DNA from: Candidatus Rifleibacteriota bacterium
Lineage (GTDB): Bacteria > Muiribacteriota > Ozemobacteria > Ozemobacterales > Ozemobacteraceae
Direction of reading: 5' to 3'
DNA length: 64,000 bases
Assembly (NCBI GenBank): GCA_012517355.1
Contig: JAAYVD010000112.1
Span: 2,769-66,768 of the forward strand
Shown: piece by piece, positions 19,182-31,207 of the stretch
Numbering within the stretch: position 1 is the first letter of the stretch
Layout of the letters: each line of letters begins with the position of its first letter
Notes under the pieces: generated by a model
Database searches by the model: none
Seen by the model: the letters and a program-made list of their open reading frames with translations, nothing else
What the model was told of the DNA's origin: nothing
Program-made: the position numbers and the translations under genes

Positions 19182-21371
19182 TCACCTCCTCCGACGGGCC
19201 CGGGCGGGCGGGGCGGGGGGCCGGCCGGACGGACGCAGGTAGCGGCCCAGCCAGTCGAGGATCTGGCCCAGGCGGTGGATGCGCAAATCGGCGGGGCCGC
19301 CGCGGGAGAGGCCATGGCTGGTCGAGGCCGGGTAGCGGACGAACCGGGTGGGGACTCCGCGCACCTGCAGGCAGGAGTAGATCTGCTCGGCCTGTTCGAC
19401 GTTGCAGCGCAGGTCGCCCTCGCTGTGGATGATCAGGGTGGGCGTGGCGACCTTCCCGAACAGCCGCAGGGGGCTCTGCCGCCACAGGGTTTCGGGGCGG
19501 TCCCAGGCGTTGCCGGCCCAGTAGGTGTCGGGAAGGATGGGCGCATCGGAGGTTCCGGCCATGCTGACCAGGTTGCTGACGCACCGGTCGGTGACGGCCG
19601 CCGCGAACCGGTCGGTGTGGCCGATGATCCAGTTGGTCATGAAGCCGCCGTAGCTGCCGCCCATGACGGCCATCCGGCGGGGGTCGACCTCGGGGCGGCC
19701 CTCCATGAAGGCGATGACCGCCTGCAGGTCGGTCCAGTCGTGCCGTCCCCAATCGCCTTTGATCGCCTCGCAGAACGCCTCGCCGTAGCCCTTGCTGCCG
19801 CGGGGGTTGGCGTAGAAGACGGTGTAGCCCTGGGCGGCCAGGACCTGGAACTCGTGGAAGAAACACGCGCCGTACTGGGCGTGCGGGCCGCCGTGGATCT
19901 CGAGGACCGCCGGCCCGCGCGGGGTCTTCCCGGCCACCGACGCGGCCTTGCCCCGCGAACGGGGAACGGCCGGGGGACGCATCATCCAGAGCTGCACCCG
20001 GGTTCCGTCGGCGGCGGTCACGAAGTGGGTCTCGGGTTCGGAGAGGGCCAGCCCCTCGAACAGGGGCACGTTGAACCCGGTGACGGTGGCCAGTTCGAGG
20101 CGGCGGCGGGCGAGGCTTCCGGCGGCGATCTCGTCGAGGCGGGTGGGGGAACCCAGGCGCAGGGCGAAGGTGCGCCCGTCGCGGCTCAGGTTCCCGAGGC
20201 AGACCTGGCCGGCCTTGACGTCGGTCAGGTCCTGCAGGGCGCCGGTGGCGGCGTCGAACCGGCCGATGTTGGTGACGCCGGCACGGCGGATCTCGGCGAA
20301 CAGGTGCCGGCCGTCGGGGCTCCAGTGGACGGGGGACAGCCACTCGACCTCGCGACAGTCGCTGAGGATGGCCGCCTCGAGGCAGAGGTCGTGCCCGCCG
20401 GTCAGGTTGCGGGTGTGGCCGGTGGCGAGGTCGACGACGTGGAGGTCCTGGTTGCGGGCACCCCACAGGACGTCGCGGCCGAGGACGCCGGCGAAGGCCA
20501 GGCGGGTGCCGTCCGGCGACCAGGCGACGGACGATCGGGAGCCGTCGGCCTGGCCGGGAACGGCGGTCAGGCGGGCGTCGGCGAGGCGGAACCGGTAAAG
20601 CCGGCTGCGCCAGGGTTTCTTCCAGGCGTCGGGGTCGAGGTTGGCGGCGAGCGCCAGTTCCGCACCGTCGGGCGACCAGGCGAAGGCGAACCCGCCGTCG
20701 CGGAACCGGTCGAAGATCCGGCAGGTCCGGCCGGTGGCCACCTCGACCAGGAAGAGGGCGTGGCGCTGGCGGTTGAAATACCCGTCGCCGTCGAGGCGGA
20801 AGAGCGGTTCCTCGATGACCCGGGGGGGCTCGCTGAGGCCCTTCTCCTCGCGCCGCTTGCGCGCCTCCTCGGTGAAGTCGGGGTCGGCCGGCCGGAAGGA
20901 GACGGCCAGGCGGGTCCCGTCGGGGGACCATTTGAACTCGCCGATCGAGCCCTCGGGAAACTGGGTGAGGGGCCGCGCCTCGCCGCCGCCGACCGGCAGC
21001 AGGAAGATCTGCGACTTCGGCTTCTGGCGCCCGCTCAGGAAGGCGATCTGGCGGCCGTCGGGGGACCAGCGGCCCATCGCGTCCTTCCCCCCCGAGGAGA
21101 ACTGGCGCGGCTCCCCGCCGGGGGCCTCGACGATCCAGAGGTTGCTGACGGTCTGGTGGCGGTCGTCGGTGTGCCGGCGGGTGAACAGGATGGTGCGCCC
21201 GTCCGGTGAGACCTGGGGGTCGGCCACGAGAACGAACTTCTGCAGGTCACCGGCCGTGATCGGGCGGGGGGCCGGGCGCACGGCGTCAGGAGCGGCCGGG
21301 TGGGCGGCACGGCAAGCGGCGGAAGAAGCCGGCGGGCGGGCGGAGCAGGGGCGGCGGGTCGTCGGCGGCAT
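19182..21371 (-). CDS. S9 family (prolyl oligopeptidase/acylaminoacyl) peptidase with PD40 beta-propeller
   Basis: Repeated WSPDG, IHGGPH, NPRGSKGYG, nucleophile GGSYGG, HSEGDLRC, SHGLSR. Confidence 0.93.
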   Translation of the reverse strand: MPPTTRRPCSARPPASSAACRAAHPAAPDAVRPAPRPITAGDLQKFVLVADPQVSPDGRTILFTRRHTDDRHQTVSNLWIVEAPGGEPRQFSSGGKDAMGRWSPDGRQIAFLSGRQKPKSQIFLLPVGGGEARPLTQFPEGSIGEFKWSPDGTRLAVSFRPADPDFTEEARKRREEKGLSEPPRVIEEPLFRLDGDGYFNRQRHALFLVEVATGRTCRIFDRFRDGGFAFAWSPDGAELALAANLDPDAWKKPWRSRLYRFRLADARLTAVPGQADGSRSSVAWSPDGTRLAFAGVLGRDVLWGARNQDLHVVDLATGHTRNLTGGHDLCLEAAILSDCREVEWLSPVHWSPDGRHLFAEIRRAGVTNIGRFDAATGALQDLTDVKAGQVCLGNLSRDGRTFALRLGSPTRLDEIAAGSLARRRLELATVTGFNVPLFEGLALSEPETHFVTAADGTRVQLWMMRPPAVPRSRGKAASVAGKTPRGPAVLEIHGGPHAQYGACFFHEFQVLAAQGYTVFYANPRGSKGYGEAFCEAIKGDWGRHDWTDLQAVIAFMEGRPEVDPRRMAVMGGSYGGFMTNWIIGHTDRFAAAVTDRCVSNLVSMAGTSDAPILPDTYWAGNAWDRPETLWRQSPLRLFGKVATPTLIIHSEGDLRCNVEQAEQIYSCLQVRGVPTRFVRYPASTSHGLSRGGPADLRIHRLGQILDWLGRYLRPSGRPPAPPARARRRR

Positions 21372-21605
21372 GGGCGGATCCTTCCACAACAGGGATTCGG
21401 GGGGGGCACGGCAAGCGCCCCCGCGACCGGGCTCGCCACAGGCCCGCCGAACCCGGCGCCTCCAGGATACCACACCGCCGGCCACCGGTGCCGGCGATCC
21501 TGGCCTGGCCGGCTCCGACGGTTCGTGGCCGGACATGCCCCGGCCAGACGGAACCAGGCCCTGGACTGCGATTGGCTCCAGGACCCGGCGATCAGTCCGT
21601 CATCC

Positions 21606-22487
21606 CTACTGGCGACGCCCCGTTCGGTAGACCCTTCCGTCCTTGAAGGCAGTCATGCTCTTCCCGTCGGGAGCGAACTTCACCGTGAAGCGGTCGGTGA
21701 TGCCCTGATGGACGATGGTGACGGTATAGGTATCCCCGGAAACCGTCCATTTTCCCGTCCAGAGGCCTTCTGCACCCACCGTGCCATCGGGTCTGAACAC
21801 CCATGGCACTGGATGACCGACATTCCAGCTCGTGTTGTCGGTATGGCGATCCGGGGCCCCTTCAGTCTTCCCCCCTGATCCTCCCCCCGGAGTTCCTCCG
21901 GAAGGCATCCACTGATAGGTATACTCGATGCCGAGCGGCCCTGAGGTCGAGCCAGTGACGCGGAACACCATCTTTCCGGATTCGCCGCCAAACCCGGCAT
22001 TGGGAATCTTCATTTTTCCGGTGGCCGAGCGGACGACTCCTGCCCCCGCCGATACGGGAACCTCGACGCGTGGACCATCGATCGAACCCCCACTGGTCCG
22101 GTCGAAATTCAGCCCGAAGCGGTCGAAGTAGCAGTACCCGATGGCTGCATGGTTCCAGGGGAAGGGAAAAGGTTTGACGACAGGGTTGCTCGCGGAAATC
22201 GTCACGGAGATCTCCGTGTCAGGAACCAACCGCGCGGGGGGAGGAGTCCAGGCAACATCGACCTCCTGGATATTCCCGTCGTACACCGTGGAAAACTGGA
22301 AGCTTCCGCTCTCCAGTTTTTTGACGGTGATCTGCCACCCTCCGGGATTTGACACCGTCCCATTGACAGGCTTGGTCTGGACCAGTTCCCACACCCCAGA
22401 CTCGGCGAAGACGGGAAGAGTTCCCAAAGCCGCCAGCAGAAGATACCCGAACAGGAATGTTCCAAAACGGCCCACCAGGCGATTCAT
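21606..22487 (-). CDS. Secreted hypothetical beta-rich two-domain protein
   Basis: Signal peptide MNRLVG...PVFA; Gly-rich linker; lower GC than flanks; own promoter. Confidence 0.8.
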   Translation of the reverse strand: MNRLVGRFGTFLFGYLLLAALGTLPVFAESGVWELVQTKPVNGTVSNPGGWQITVKKLESGSFQFSTVYDGNIQEVDVAWTPPPARLVPDTEISVTISASNPVVKPFPFPWNHAAIGYCYFDRFGLNFDRTSGGSIDGPRVEVPVSAGAGVVRSATGKMKIPNAGFGGESGKMVFRVTGSTSGPLGIEYTYQWMPSGGTPGGGSGGKTEGAPDRHTDNTSWNVGHPVPWVFRPDGTVGAEGLWTGKWTVSGDTYTVTIVHQGITDRFTVKFAPDGKSMTAFKDGRVYRTGRRQ

Positions 22488-22531
22488 GCACGACCCCCCC
22501 ACAAGTTCCTTTTTCAGGTCACAGTGGGTGA

Positions 22532-22560
22532 ATCGTAGCTTCGCCAAAAAATCTTGTCAA
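22532..22560 (-). promoter_or_regulatory. Sigma70-type promoter
   Basis: Minus strand TTGACA-17 bp-TACGAT. Confidence 0.7.
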
Positions 22561-22590
22561 GCGCGCTTCTCAATGAGGTTTTGCCGAGTC

Positions 22591-22749
22591 CTCGGTTTCG
22601 CCAGGCTGGATACGTTGGGGAATGTCCTGTCCCTCCTCGCCATCAGGATTGACGGGCCGGTCCAGGTCGGTGCCTGGGTCAAGATCGACGGTCTCTCCGG
22701 GCGGATGACCGAGACGACCTGGCGACACACCGTCATCGAGACCCTCAAG
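22591..22749 (+). pseudogene. Remnant of an MscS small-conductance mechanosensitive channel gene
   Basis: Translates LGFARLDTLGNVLSLLAIRIDGPVQVGAWVKIDGLSGRMTETTWRHTVIETL, the MscS TM3/beta-domain pattern (G-x-A-x-Q-D-x-L-x-N...P-x-x-x-G-D-W-I); no N- or C-terminal parts. Confidence 0.7.
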
Positions 22750-22924
22750 TCCTCGCCATTCGCAGGCCCCGCGCCCCAGTCACACCGCGGAAGCCCGTCA
22801 GACCAGGATCTTGCCCACCTGGGATTCCCGATGGGAGTGGGGGCCCGAAACCCCCGGGCCCGGGAAAACGAGCGATGGCGGCATGGTTCCAGGGGAAGGG
22901 AATCGGCTTGGCGAGGCAAACCGG

Positions 22925-22956
22925 ACCCCCCAGCCCCTGGGACCGGGCTGGGGGGT
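22925..22956 (-). terminator. Hairpin downstream of the OmpA-family gene
   Basis: 12-bp perfect stem ACCCCCCAGCCC/GGGCTGGGGGGT; weak U tract. Confidence 0.5.
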
Positions 22957-22994
22957 GGTTCACCTGTGAAAGGGCCGGATTGGTCAGCGTTTGG

Positions 22995-24101
22995 TCATTG
23001 CACGAGGGTTTCGAACAGCACCCTCATGTTGGCATGGGCCGCCTTGGAATAGAGATCCTTCGGGGCCGCCTCGTGCGCCGCCGGCCGGTGTTCCCCGTAG
23101 CCGATGGTGGAGAGACGGTCGGCCGCCACGAGGCCCGTCCGGACGAGATAGTCCTCAACGGCGCGGGCCCGTCTCTCACTCAGGCTTTGGTTGTAGGCAT
23201 CCGATCCGGAGGCGGAGGTATAGCCGGCGATGTTGACCTTGATGTCCGGATTGGCTTGGAGGATCCGGATACTCCGGTCCAGGATCGCCTTCGCCTCCTT
23301 GTTCAGGGAGGACTGATCGAAGGCGAAATGCACGTCTTCAAAGGCCAGGACGAGCACCCTGGGTTCCGTTCTCGGGGTTTTCACCACCCGCCTGACCTTG
23401 TTCTCGACTTCCGGCAGCGGCCATTCCGACACGAGAATGACCTCCTGCTCCGGCACGGGAGGGGGCGGTGCCGCTGGAGCCTTCGACGGGCCACCGAAAG
23501 CGAAGACGAGTTCGACGGTTGCGCTGTAGTTGTGAAAGCCGTTTTGAAAGACCTCCGAGACCATGTGATCCCTGAGATCGGCCCGGAGGGCCAAATCTCT
23601 GGAGAGCCAGTATTTGGCCCCCACCCCGAAATCGACGGTGGCCATGTCCTTGTTGGAAAGGCTGGGACGAAAGTGGGTCGCGCCGACCCCGGCCACGACA
23701 TAGGGTGCGAGTTTCCGGCCAGGCTGCAGATGGTAGAGGACGTCCAGATGATACAGGGTGAGATCGACCCGGTCGGTGGGACTCCGATACTGGCCTTTCC
23801 CGGTCCCGGTCCGGAGCTTGTCGTCAACCCGGCTCTTGATCTTCTCCACGGTCCCTTCGACGGTGATCCTTTTCGAAACGTTGTATCCCAGCCGGCCTCC
23901 ATAGACCGAGCTGTCCTCCAGGTTGTGCTTCTTGTCGAAGAAGGCGCGGCCCACGAACGGGCTCACCTCCCAGGCTTTTTCCCGGCCATACTGCCTCGCC
24001 GGGTCCTCGGATGGATCCGTCCCGGCGGCCCATACGGGCCCTCCTGGCACCAGCAGAGCGATGACGGCGATCAGCAGAACGTCCCATTTCGTGAGTTTCA
24101 T
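22995..24101 (-). CDS. OmpA/OprF-family outer membrane protein (beta-barrel plus peptidoglycan-binding domain)
   Basis: Signal peptide, 8-strand barrel pattern, Pro linker, VHFAFDQSSL, YNQSLSERRARAV, GYGE. Confidence 0.92.
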   Translation of the reverse strand: MKLTKWDVLLIAVIALLVPGGPVWAAGTDPSEDPARQYGREKAWEVSPFVGRAFFDKKHNLEDSSVYGGRLGYNVSKRITVEGTVEKIKSRVDDKLRTGTGKGQYRSPTDRVDLTLYHLDVLYHLQPGRKLAPYVVAGVGATHFRPSLSNKDMATVDFGVGAKYWLSRDLALRADLRDHMVSEVFQNGFHNYSATVELVFAFGGPSKAPAAPPPPVPEQEVILVSEWPLPEVENKVRRVVKTPRTEPRVLVLAFEDVHFAFDQSSLNKEAKAILDRSIRILQANPDIKVNIAGYTSASGSDAYNQSLSERRARAVEDYLVRTGLVAADRLSTIGYGEHRPAAHEAAPKDLYSKAAHANMRVLFETLVQ

Positions 24102-24184
24102 GCGTTGGATGTTTCCTCGTTTCATGATGGCGGTTTTTTTCTACCGTCCGGTCCAGGGCAAACGGACCGCAAAGCGGAGCTTCC

Positions 24185-24271
24185 GCGAGGTGAACGCGTC
24201 AGCGTTCACCTCGCCAGCAGAAAGGGTCCAGGGCCATCGGCCCTGGTGGGGTGAAGGGGCAAAGCCCCTTC
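24185..24271. repeat. Three consecutive perfect hairpins upstream of the OmpA-family gene
   Basis: GCGAGGTGAACGC-gtca-GCGTTCACCTCGC; CCAGGGCC-atc-GGCCCTGG; GAAGGGGC-aaa-GCCCCTTC. Confidence 0.7.
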
Positions 24272-25014
24272 GGCAAGCCTTTTTGCGGATCATTGTTTTT
24301 TTGGGGGCGGAGGAGCCGACCGTTCTGGTCCGCTGATCGCTCATGGTTGGGTGGACCCCTGCCGTGAATGAGGACGAAGTGAGGGAAGGGCTTCCCTGCC
24401 TGGGCCCGGGAGCGCGACGATCCTTGGCAGAAAGCCTCCTTTGTTGGGAGAGTGCGTGCCGCTCGGGGATACCCGTCAGGAAACGACCGGAACTTTCATC
24501 GGGCCATTGGATGGCAGGCCCACGATACCCAATGGCGCCGCCATCGAGAAATCCCCGGTTGTTCCCGGTAAACTGCTGAGAAGTGACCAGTCGCGCTTCC
24601 TGGTGCCCGGGACCCGTTTCGCCCCAGAGGCGCAAGGATGCGGAAGGCGGACGGCCGGCGACTCCGGCCGAAAACCGCTCGAGAGGGAACCAGGGGCAAA
24701 GGGAAAACACCCGAACCCGTGGTTGCCCTCTTGCGGAACGTCAGGGGATGCGTCATTTCCCGCTGCCAGCCATGCTGGGAGCCGGAAGGGATGCATCCCC
24801 TGTTCCCGCATCGCTGAGCCGTGGTGAGGAGGCGTGCCGTCGTTTCCGGTTCTCTCTTTCCTCGCGTTTCGACGGTCGATCGGGAAAGGGCGGGAGGGAG
24901 GGAGCTCTGCCCGCCGGATCAGTCGTCCGCAGCCCGCTCGCCCGATCGGCCCGGCGGGCCATCGAGCGGGACCCGGGCCGGTCGGCAGGAGGCGGTTCGT
25001 GCTATCATCACGGT

Positions 25015-25932
25015 ATGAACACCCCCGACCAGGGCGCGAAAGGGTTCTTCCGGATTCCTGCCTGGGTCCGCGAGGCCTGGGCCATCGTCGAGCTGTTCGT
25101 CCGGCGGTTCAACGAAGCCTCGGCGATGGACGCCGCCGCCGCCATCGCCTACTACGCCATCTTTTCCCTGTTCCCGCTGCTGCTGCTCCTGTTGGCCCTG
25201 CACGGCTCGGTGCTGCAGAACATCGACGTCCAGAAACAGATCGTGGAGGCCGCCGACCATTTCTTCCCCGGTTCGCGCAACCTGGTCACCGAGAACCTGA
25301 ACCAGATCGTGGTGCTGCGGGGGACGGTCGGGCTGATCGGCATGTTGACCCTCATCTGGTCGGCCACCAGCGTGTTCGCCGGCATCTCCCAGAACGTCAA
25401 CCTGGCCTGGGCGCACGCCCCGCCCCGCCATTTCCTCATCGAGCGGCTTCTCGCCCTGGTGATGATCGCCAGTGTGGTGGTGTTCATGATCCTGTCGGTC
25501 GTCGTGTCGGCCGGGCTCCAGATCCTGACCGTCTTCTTCCCCGAGCCGGGCTCCGTTCTCGACGGCCCCTCCCGGGCCATGTACGGCCTTTTGCTGAAAT
25601 CCACCTCGGTGTTCCTCCTGTTCCTCGCCTTCCTGGTCCTCTACAAATGGATCCCCAACACCGAGGTGCGCTGGCGCGAGGCCGCGGTGGGCGCGGTCGC
25701 CGCCACCCTCGCCTGGGAACTGACGAAGGCCGGCTTCATCTGGTATCTGAGCAGCGGCTGGTGCAGCTACCAGGTGGTCTACGGCTCGCTCGCGGCGGTC
25801 GTCGCCTTCCTGCTCTGGCTGTATCTCAGCAACCTGATCGTGCTGGCCGGGGCCCACCTGTCGGCCGTCTGGGCCCGCCGCACCGCCCCCCCGCCCCTCT
25901 TCGGGGAGCCGCCGGACGAACCTGGCGATTAG
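25015..25932 (+). CDS. YihY/virulence factor BrkB family membrane protein
   Basis: AAAIAYYAIFSLFP, LYKWIPN, YGSLAAVVAFLLWLY..LAGA. Confidence 0.92.
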   Translation: MNTPDQGAKGFFRIPAWVREAWAIVELFVRRFNEASAMDAAAAIAYYAIFSLFPLLLLLLALHGSVLQNIDVQKQIVEAADHFFPGSRNLVTENLNQIVVLRGTVGLIGMLTLIWSATSVFAGISQNVNLAWAHAPPRHFLIERLLALVMIASVVVFMILSVVVSAGLQILTVFFPEPGSVLDGPSRAMYGLLLKSTSVFLLFLAFLVLYKWIPNTEVRWREAAVGAVAATLAWELTKAGFIWYLSSGWCSYQVVYGSLAAVVAFLLWLYLSNLIVLAGAHLSAVWARRTAPPPLFGEPPDEPGD

Positions 25933-26111
25933 TCCTCTCGCAGGGATGGATCCACAGGACGGTGGAAGGCAGGCCCCCTTCCACCCGAAGGTGGAACGGA
26001 GATGTTCACCGGAACCTGCGGAACCGATTCGACCTCGTCCGCGGCCACCCGCGTGCCCCCGAGGGCATCCTTTTCCCGTCCGATGTCCCAGGTGCCAGGC
26101 TGGTCAGGGGT

Positions 26112-27224
26112 CTACGAGGGGTCCGGGGCTGGGTCCTGCCGCCAGAAGGCGGCGTAGCGACCGGCCACGAAGGCGGCCGACAGTTCGAGCAGGACGAGCA
26201 GGCGCAGGCTCGGCGGCGCCGCCGTCGCCGTCCACCACGATCCGGCGAGCAGCAGGGTGGACCAGGCGGGCAAGGCCAGATCGGCGACCACCGAGGGGGA
26301 AGGGGGCAAAAAGGCGGAAGCGACTCCGCAGGCCACCGACCCCAGCAGGAGCAGGGTCTCGGCCAGGGTGAGGCCACGCGGCACGTGCAACCACGCCCCC
26401 AGCAGACAGGCCGCCACCAGCAGGATGGCGAGGACGGCCGTCACCAGGGCGGCCTCACCGGCGGCGGACGGTACCGGTGGGAATCCGACCCGGTCCGGGG
26501 CCGGCTCCAGGAACGATGCGGCTTCGGCCGAGGCCGGGCCCCGGGGTGAGGCGGTTCCGGTCGAGGGCGGCCCCAGGAACGAGGCGGCCTCGGCCAAGAC
26601 CGGGACCTGGGGTGAGGGGGCTCCGTTCGATGCAGATGTCAGGGGCGATCCGACCCGCTCGGAGCCCGGTGCCAGGATTGATGCCGCCCCACCCGAGACA
26701 GGCGGTACTGCCTGGACGCCACACTGTCCAGGATGCTCCGGTCTCTGGCCGGGCTCCACCCCGCCCAGAGCCGGGGTTTCCGGCATGAGGGCGGGTCGGC
26801 CGGCCGCGCGGCCTTCTCCCCCCGGTCCCTGGCCGCGGGACGTTTCCGACCCGGCCCCTGGCCGACGGCCCACGAACGCGCACAGCCAGAGGCCGGTGAT
26901 GGCGGCGAGGAGGGTGGGTCCGGAGCCGTCGGAGAGGGCGAACACCGCCAGCACGAGCAGGCTGCCGGCCCGGCCAGGCCCGGCCGGTGCGATGCCCGGC
27001 CGGACCCGCCGGAGGATGGTCCAGGTCGCGATGGTCGCGGCGGCCACGAGCAGGGGCAGGAACGGCCAGTCGAGCAGGGCCGGCCGCCAGTCCACCGGGC
27101 CGGGAGTCCCCAGCCAGTCGGTCAACCACCCTCCCGGCTCGCCGGAATAGCGGAAGACGGAGGCCAGGCCCAGCAGCCCGGCCTGGGCCGGCCAGGCCGC
27201 CAGTCCGAGCACCTGCCGTTCCAT
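26112..27224 (-). CDS. Hypothetical membrane protein with central Pro/Gly/Ala-rich repetitive insertion
   Basis: Hydrophobic segments flank a low-complexity block; ATG 27224 with purine-rich upstream; directly downstream of icd. Confidence 0.6.
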   Translation of the reverse strand: MERQVLGLAAWPAQAGLLGLASVFRYSGEPGGWLTDWLGTPGPVDWRPALLDWPFLPLLVAAATIATWTILRRVRPGIAPAGPGRAGSLLVLAVFALSDGSGPTLLAAITGLWLCAFVGRRPGAGSETSRGQGPGGEGRAAGRPALMPETPALGGVEPGQRPEHPGQCGVQAVPPVSGGAASILAPGSERVGSPLTSASNGAPSPQVPVLAEAASFLGPPSTGTASPRGPASAEAASFLEPAPDRVGFPPVPSAAGEAALVTAVLAILLVAACLLGAWLHVPRGLTLAETLLLLGSVACGVASAFLPPSPSVVADLALPAWSTLLLAGSWWTATAAPPSLRLLVLLELSAAFVAGRYAAFWRQDPAPDPS

Positions 27225-27313
27225 GCTGCCCACGTCGCCCCCCCCTTCTCGCCGGCCGGGGGTGGAGCCGGTCGGCCCCACCCCCGTGGCATGGTCAGGA
27301 CTGAGGTTCCCGG

Positions 27314-30038
<2,725 letters not shown>

Positions 30039-30099
30039 GGGGTTCCTCCGGGTGGATCGTTGGTCGGAGGGCACCTTAGCACGAAAACGGCCAGACGTC

Positions 30100-30129
30100 A
30101 ATTGCAATTCACAAATTGCAGTTCGTCAA
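30100..30129 (-). promoter_or_regulatory. Promoter/operator of the regulator-icd unit
   Basis: TTGACG-17 bp-TGCAAT overlapped by palindrome AATTGCAATT and near-copy AATTGCAGTT. Confidence 0.5.
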
Positions 30130-30307
30130 AAAAAAGGACCTCCCCGACACCGGTTCGGGCCGGTTTCCCGGGAAACGGGAGCACCGGGGCGACGCCGAGG
30201 GCCGGTCGGCCCCAAGCCCAGGCCGGGTTGCCAGAGATTCTGACCGCTGGCCAGGCACCGCCCGACGGCAGGGAAAACGGGAAAGGCGGGGGAAGGGGCG
30301 ACGGGGG

Positions 30308-30676
30308 TCACTCCCCTTTCTGCCGCTTGTACCCGCACTTGCAGAGTTTCTTCGTGCCGAGGTGGCGGGCGCAGTTGGGGCAGAACTCGCTGAGCCGCTT
30401 TTTGGCCGCCTCGCGGGCTTCGAGCTCCTTCGCCTTTTTGAGGAACTCCTCGGGCGACATGGGGGAAAGAGGCTTGGCGGAAGGGGGTTCCTTCAGGTCC
30501 TCGACCTTTTCCGCATAGTCGGGGTTCTCCTTGAGGTAGGCCTTGACCGCGTCGGCCGGAGACAGCCCCTTCTTGTAGAGATGGATATAATCATAAAGGG
30601 GTTCCTCTTCGACCGTCTCGTTGAACAGGCGGACGAACTCCGCCTCCCAGGCATCGATGTCCATGCGCTTGGCCAT
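30308..30676 (-). CDS. Hypothetical protein with C-terminal zinc ribbon
   Basis: 122 aa MAKRMDIDAWE...; CPNC-x9-CKCG; GAGGAGG RBS. Confidence 0.8.
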   Translation of the reverse strand: MAKRMDIDAWEAEFVRLFNETVEEEPLYDYIHLYKKGLSPADAVKAYLKENPDYAEKVEDLKEPPSAKPLSPMSPEEFLKKAKELEAREAAKKRLSEFCPNCARHLGTKKLCKCGYKRQKGE

Positions 30677-30794
30677 GCCAGGCCTCCTCGTTCCTGAACT
30701 GCCGTCCCCGGCCCGGTGACCGGCCCAGTCGGCGATGGGGTGCGATCCCGCAGGCAGGCTACCATCGCCGGAAGCGAGAGTAAAGAAGGGTTTG

Positions 30795-30824
30795 GTGACA
30801 TCGTCGGCAGGGTTCTGGTATGAT
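30795..30824 (+). promoter_or_regulatory. Extended -10 promoter of the signalling operon
   Basis: GTGACA-18 bp-TATGAT with TG extension. Confidence 0.55.
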
Positions 30825-30856
30825 GCTGCCAACCAATGATTGCCAAGGAGGCCGCC

Positions 30857-31186
30857 ATGGAATTCGAGGTCACGACCACCGAGGGACGCCGGATCATCGC
30901 CAGCAAGGGTGATGTGCTGCACACCTGCGCCGAGGAGTTCGCGCGCGTGATCCGCGAGCAGGTCGAGGAAGGCCACCAGGTGATCGTGCTCGATTTCAGC
31001 AAGGCCAGCATGATCGACAGCGCGGGCATCAGTTCCATCGTGGCCAACATCGGCCTGGTCAAGGAACGGAACGCCCGCATCATCCTCGGCGGCTGCAATC
31101 CGACCATCCAGAAGGTGTTCCAGTTGATCGGGTTCAAGCAGCATTTCGCCGTGACCGGTACCCTGGCCGAGGCCCTGAAGGCCTGA
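30857..31186 (+). CDS. STAS-domain anti-sigma-factor antagonist
   Basis: IVLDFSKASMIDSAGISSI, IQKVFQLIG; AAGGAG RBS. Confidence 0.92.
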   Translation: MEFEVTTTEGRRIIASKGDVLHTCAEEFARVIREQVEEGHQVIVLDFSKASMIDSAGISSIVANIGLVKERNARIILGGCNPTIQKVFQLIGFKQHFAVTGTLAEALKA

Positions 31187-31207
31187 CCGGAACGGAGGAG
31201 AAGCCGC

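Noticed and set aside
22139-22914. DGR template/variable repeat pair
   Set aside because: Too short, mismatches not adenine-specific, no reverse transcriptase in the window
24330-24990. Short ORFs upstream of yihY and the 5' extension of the 24583 ORF
   Set aside because: No codon bias or motifs; YihY homology starts at ATG 25015
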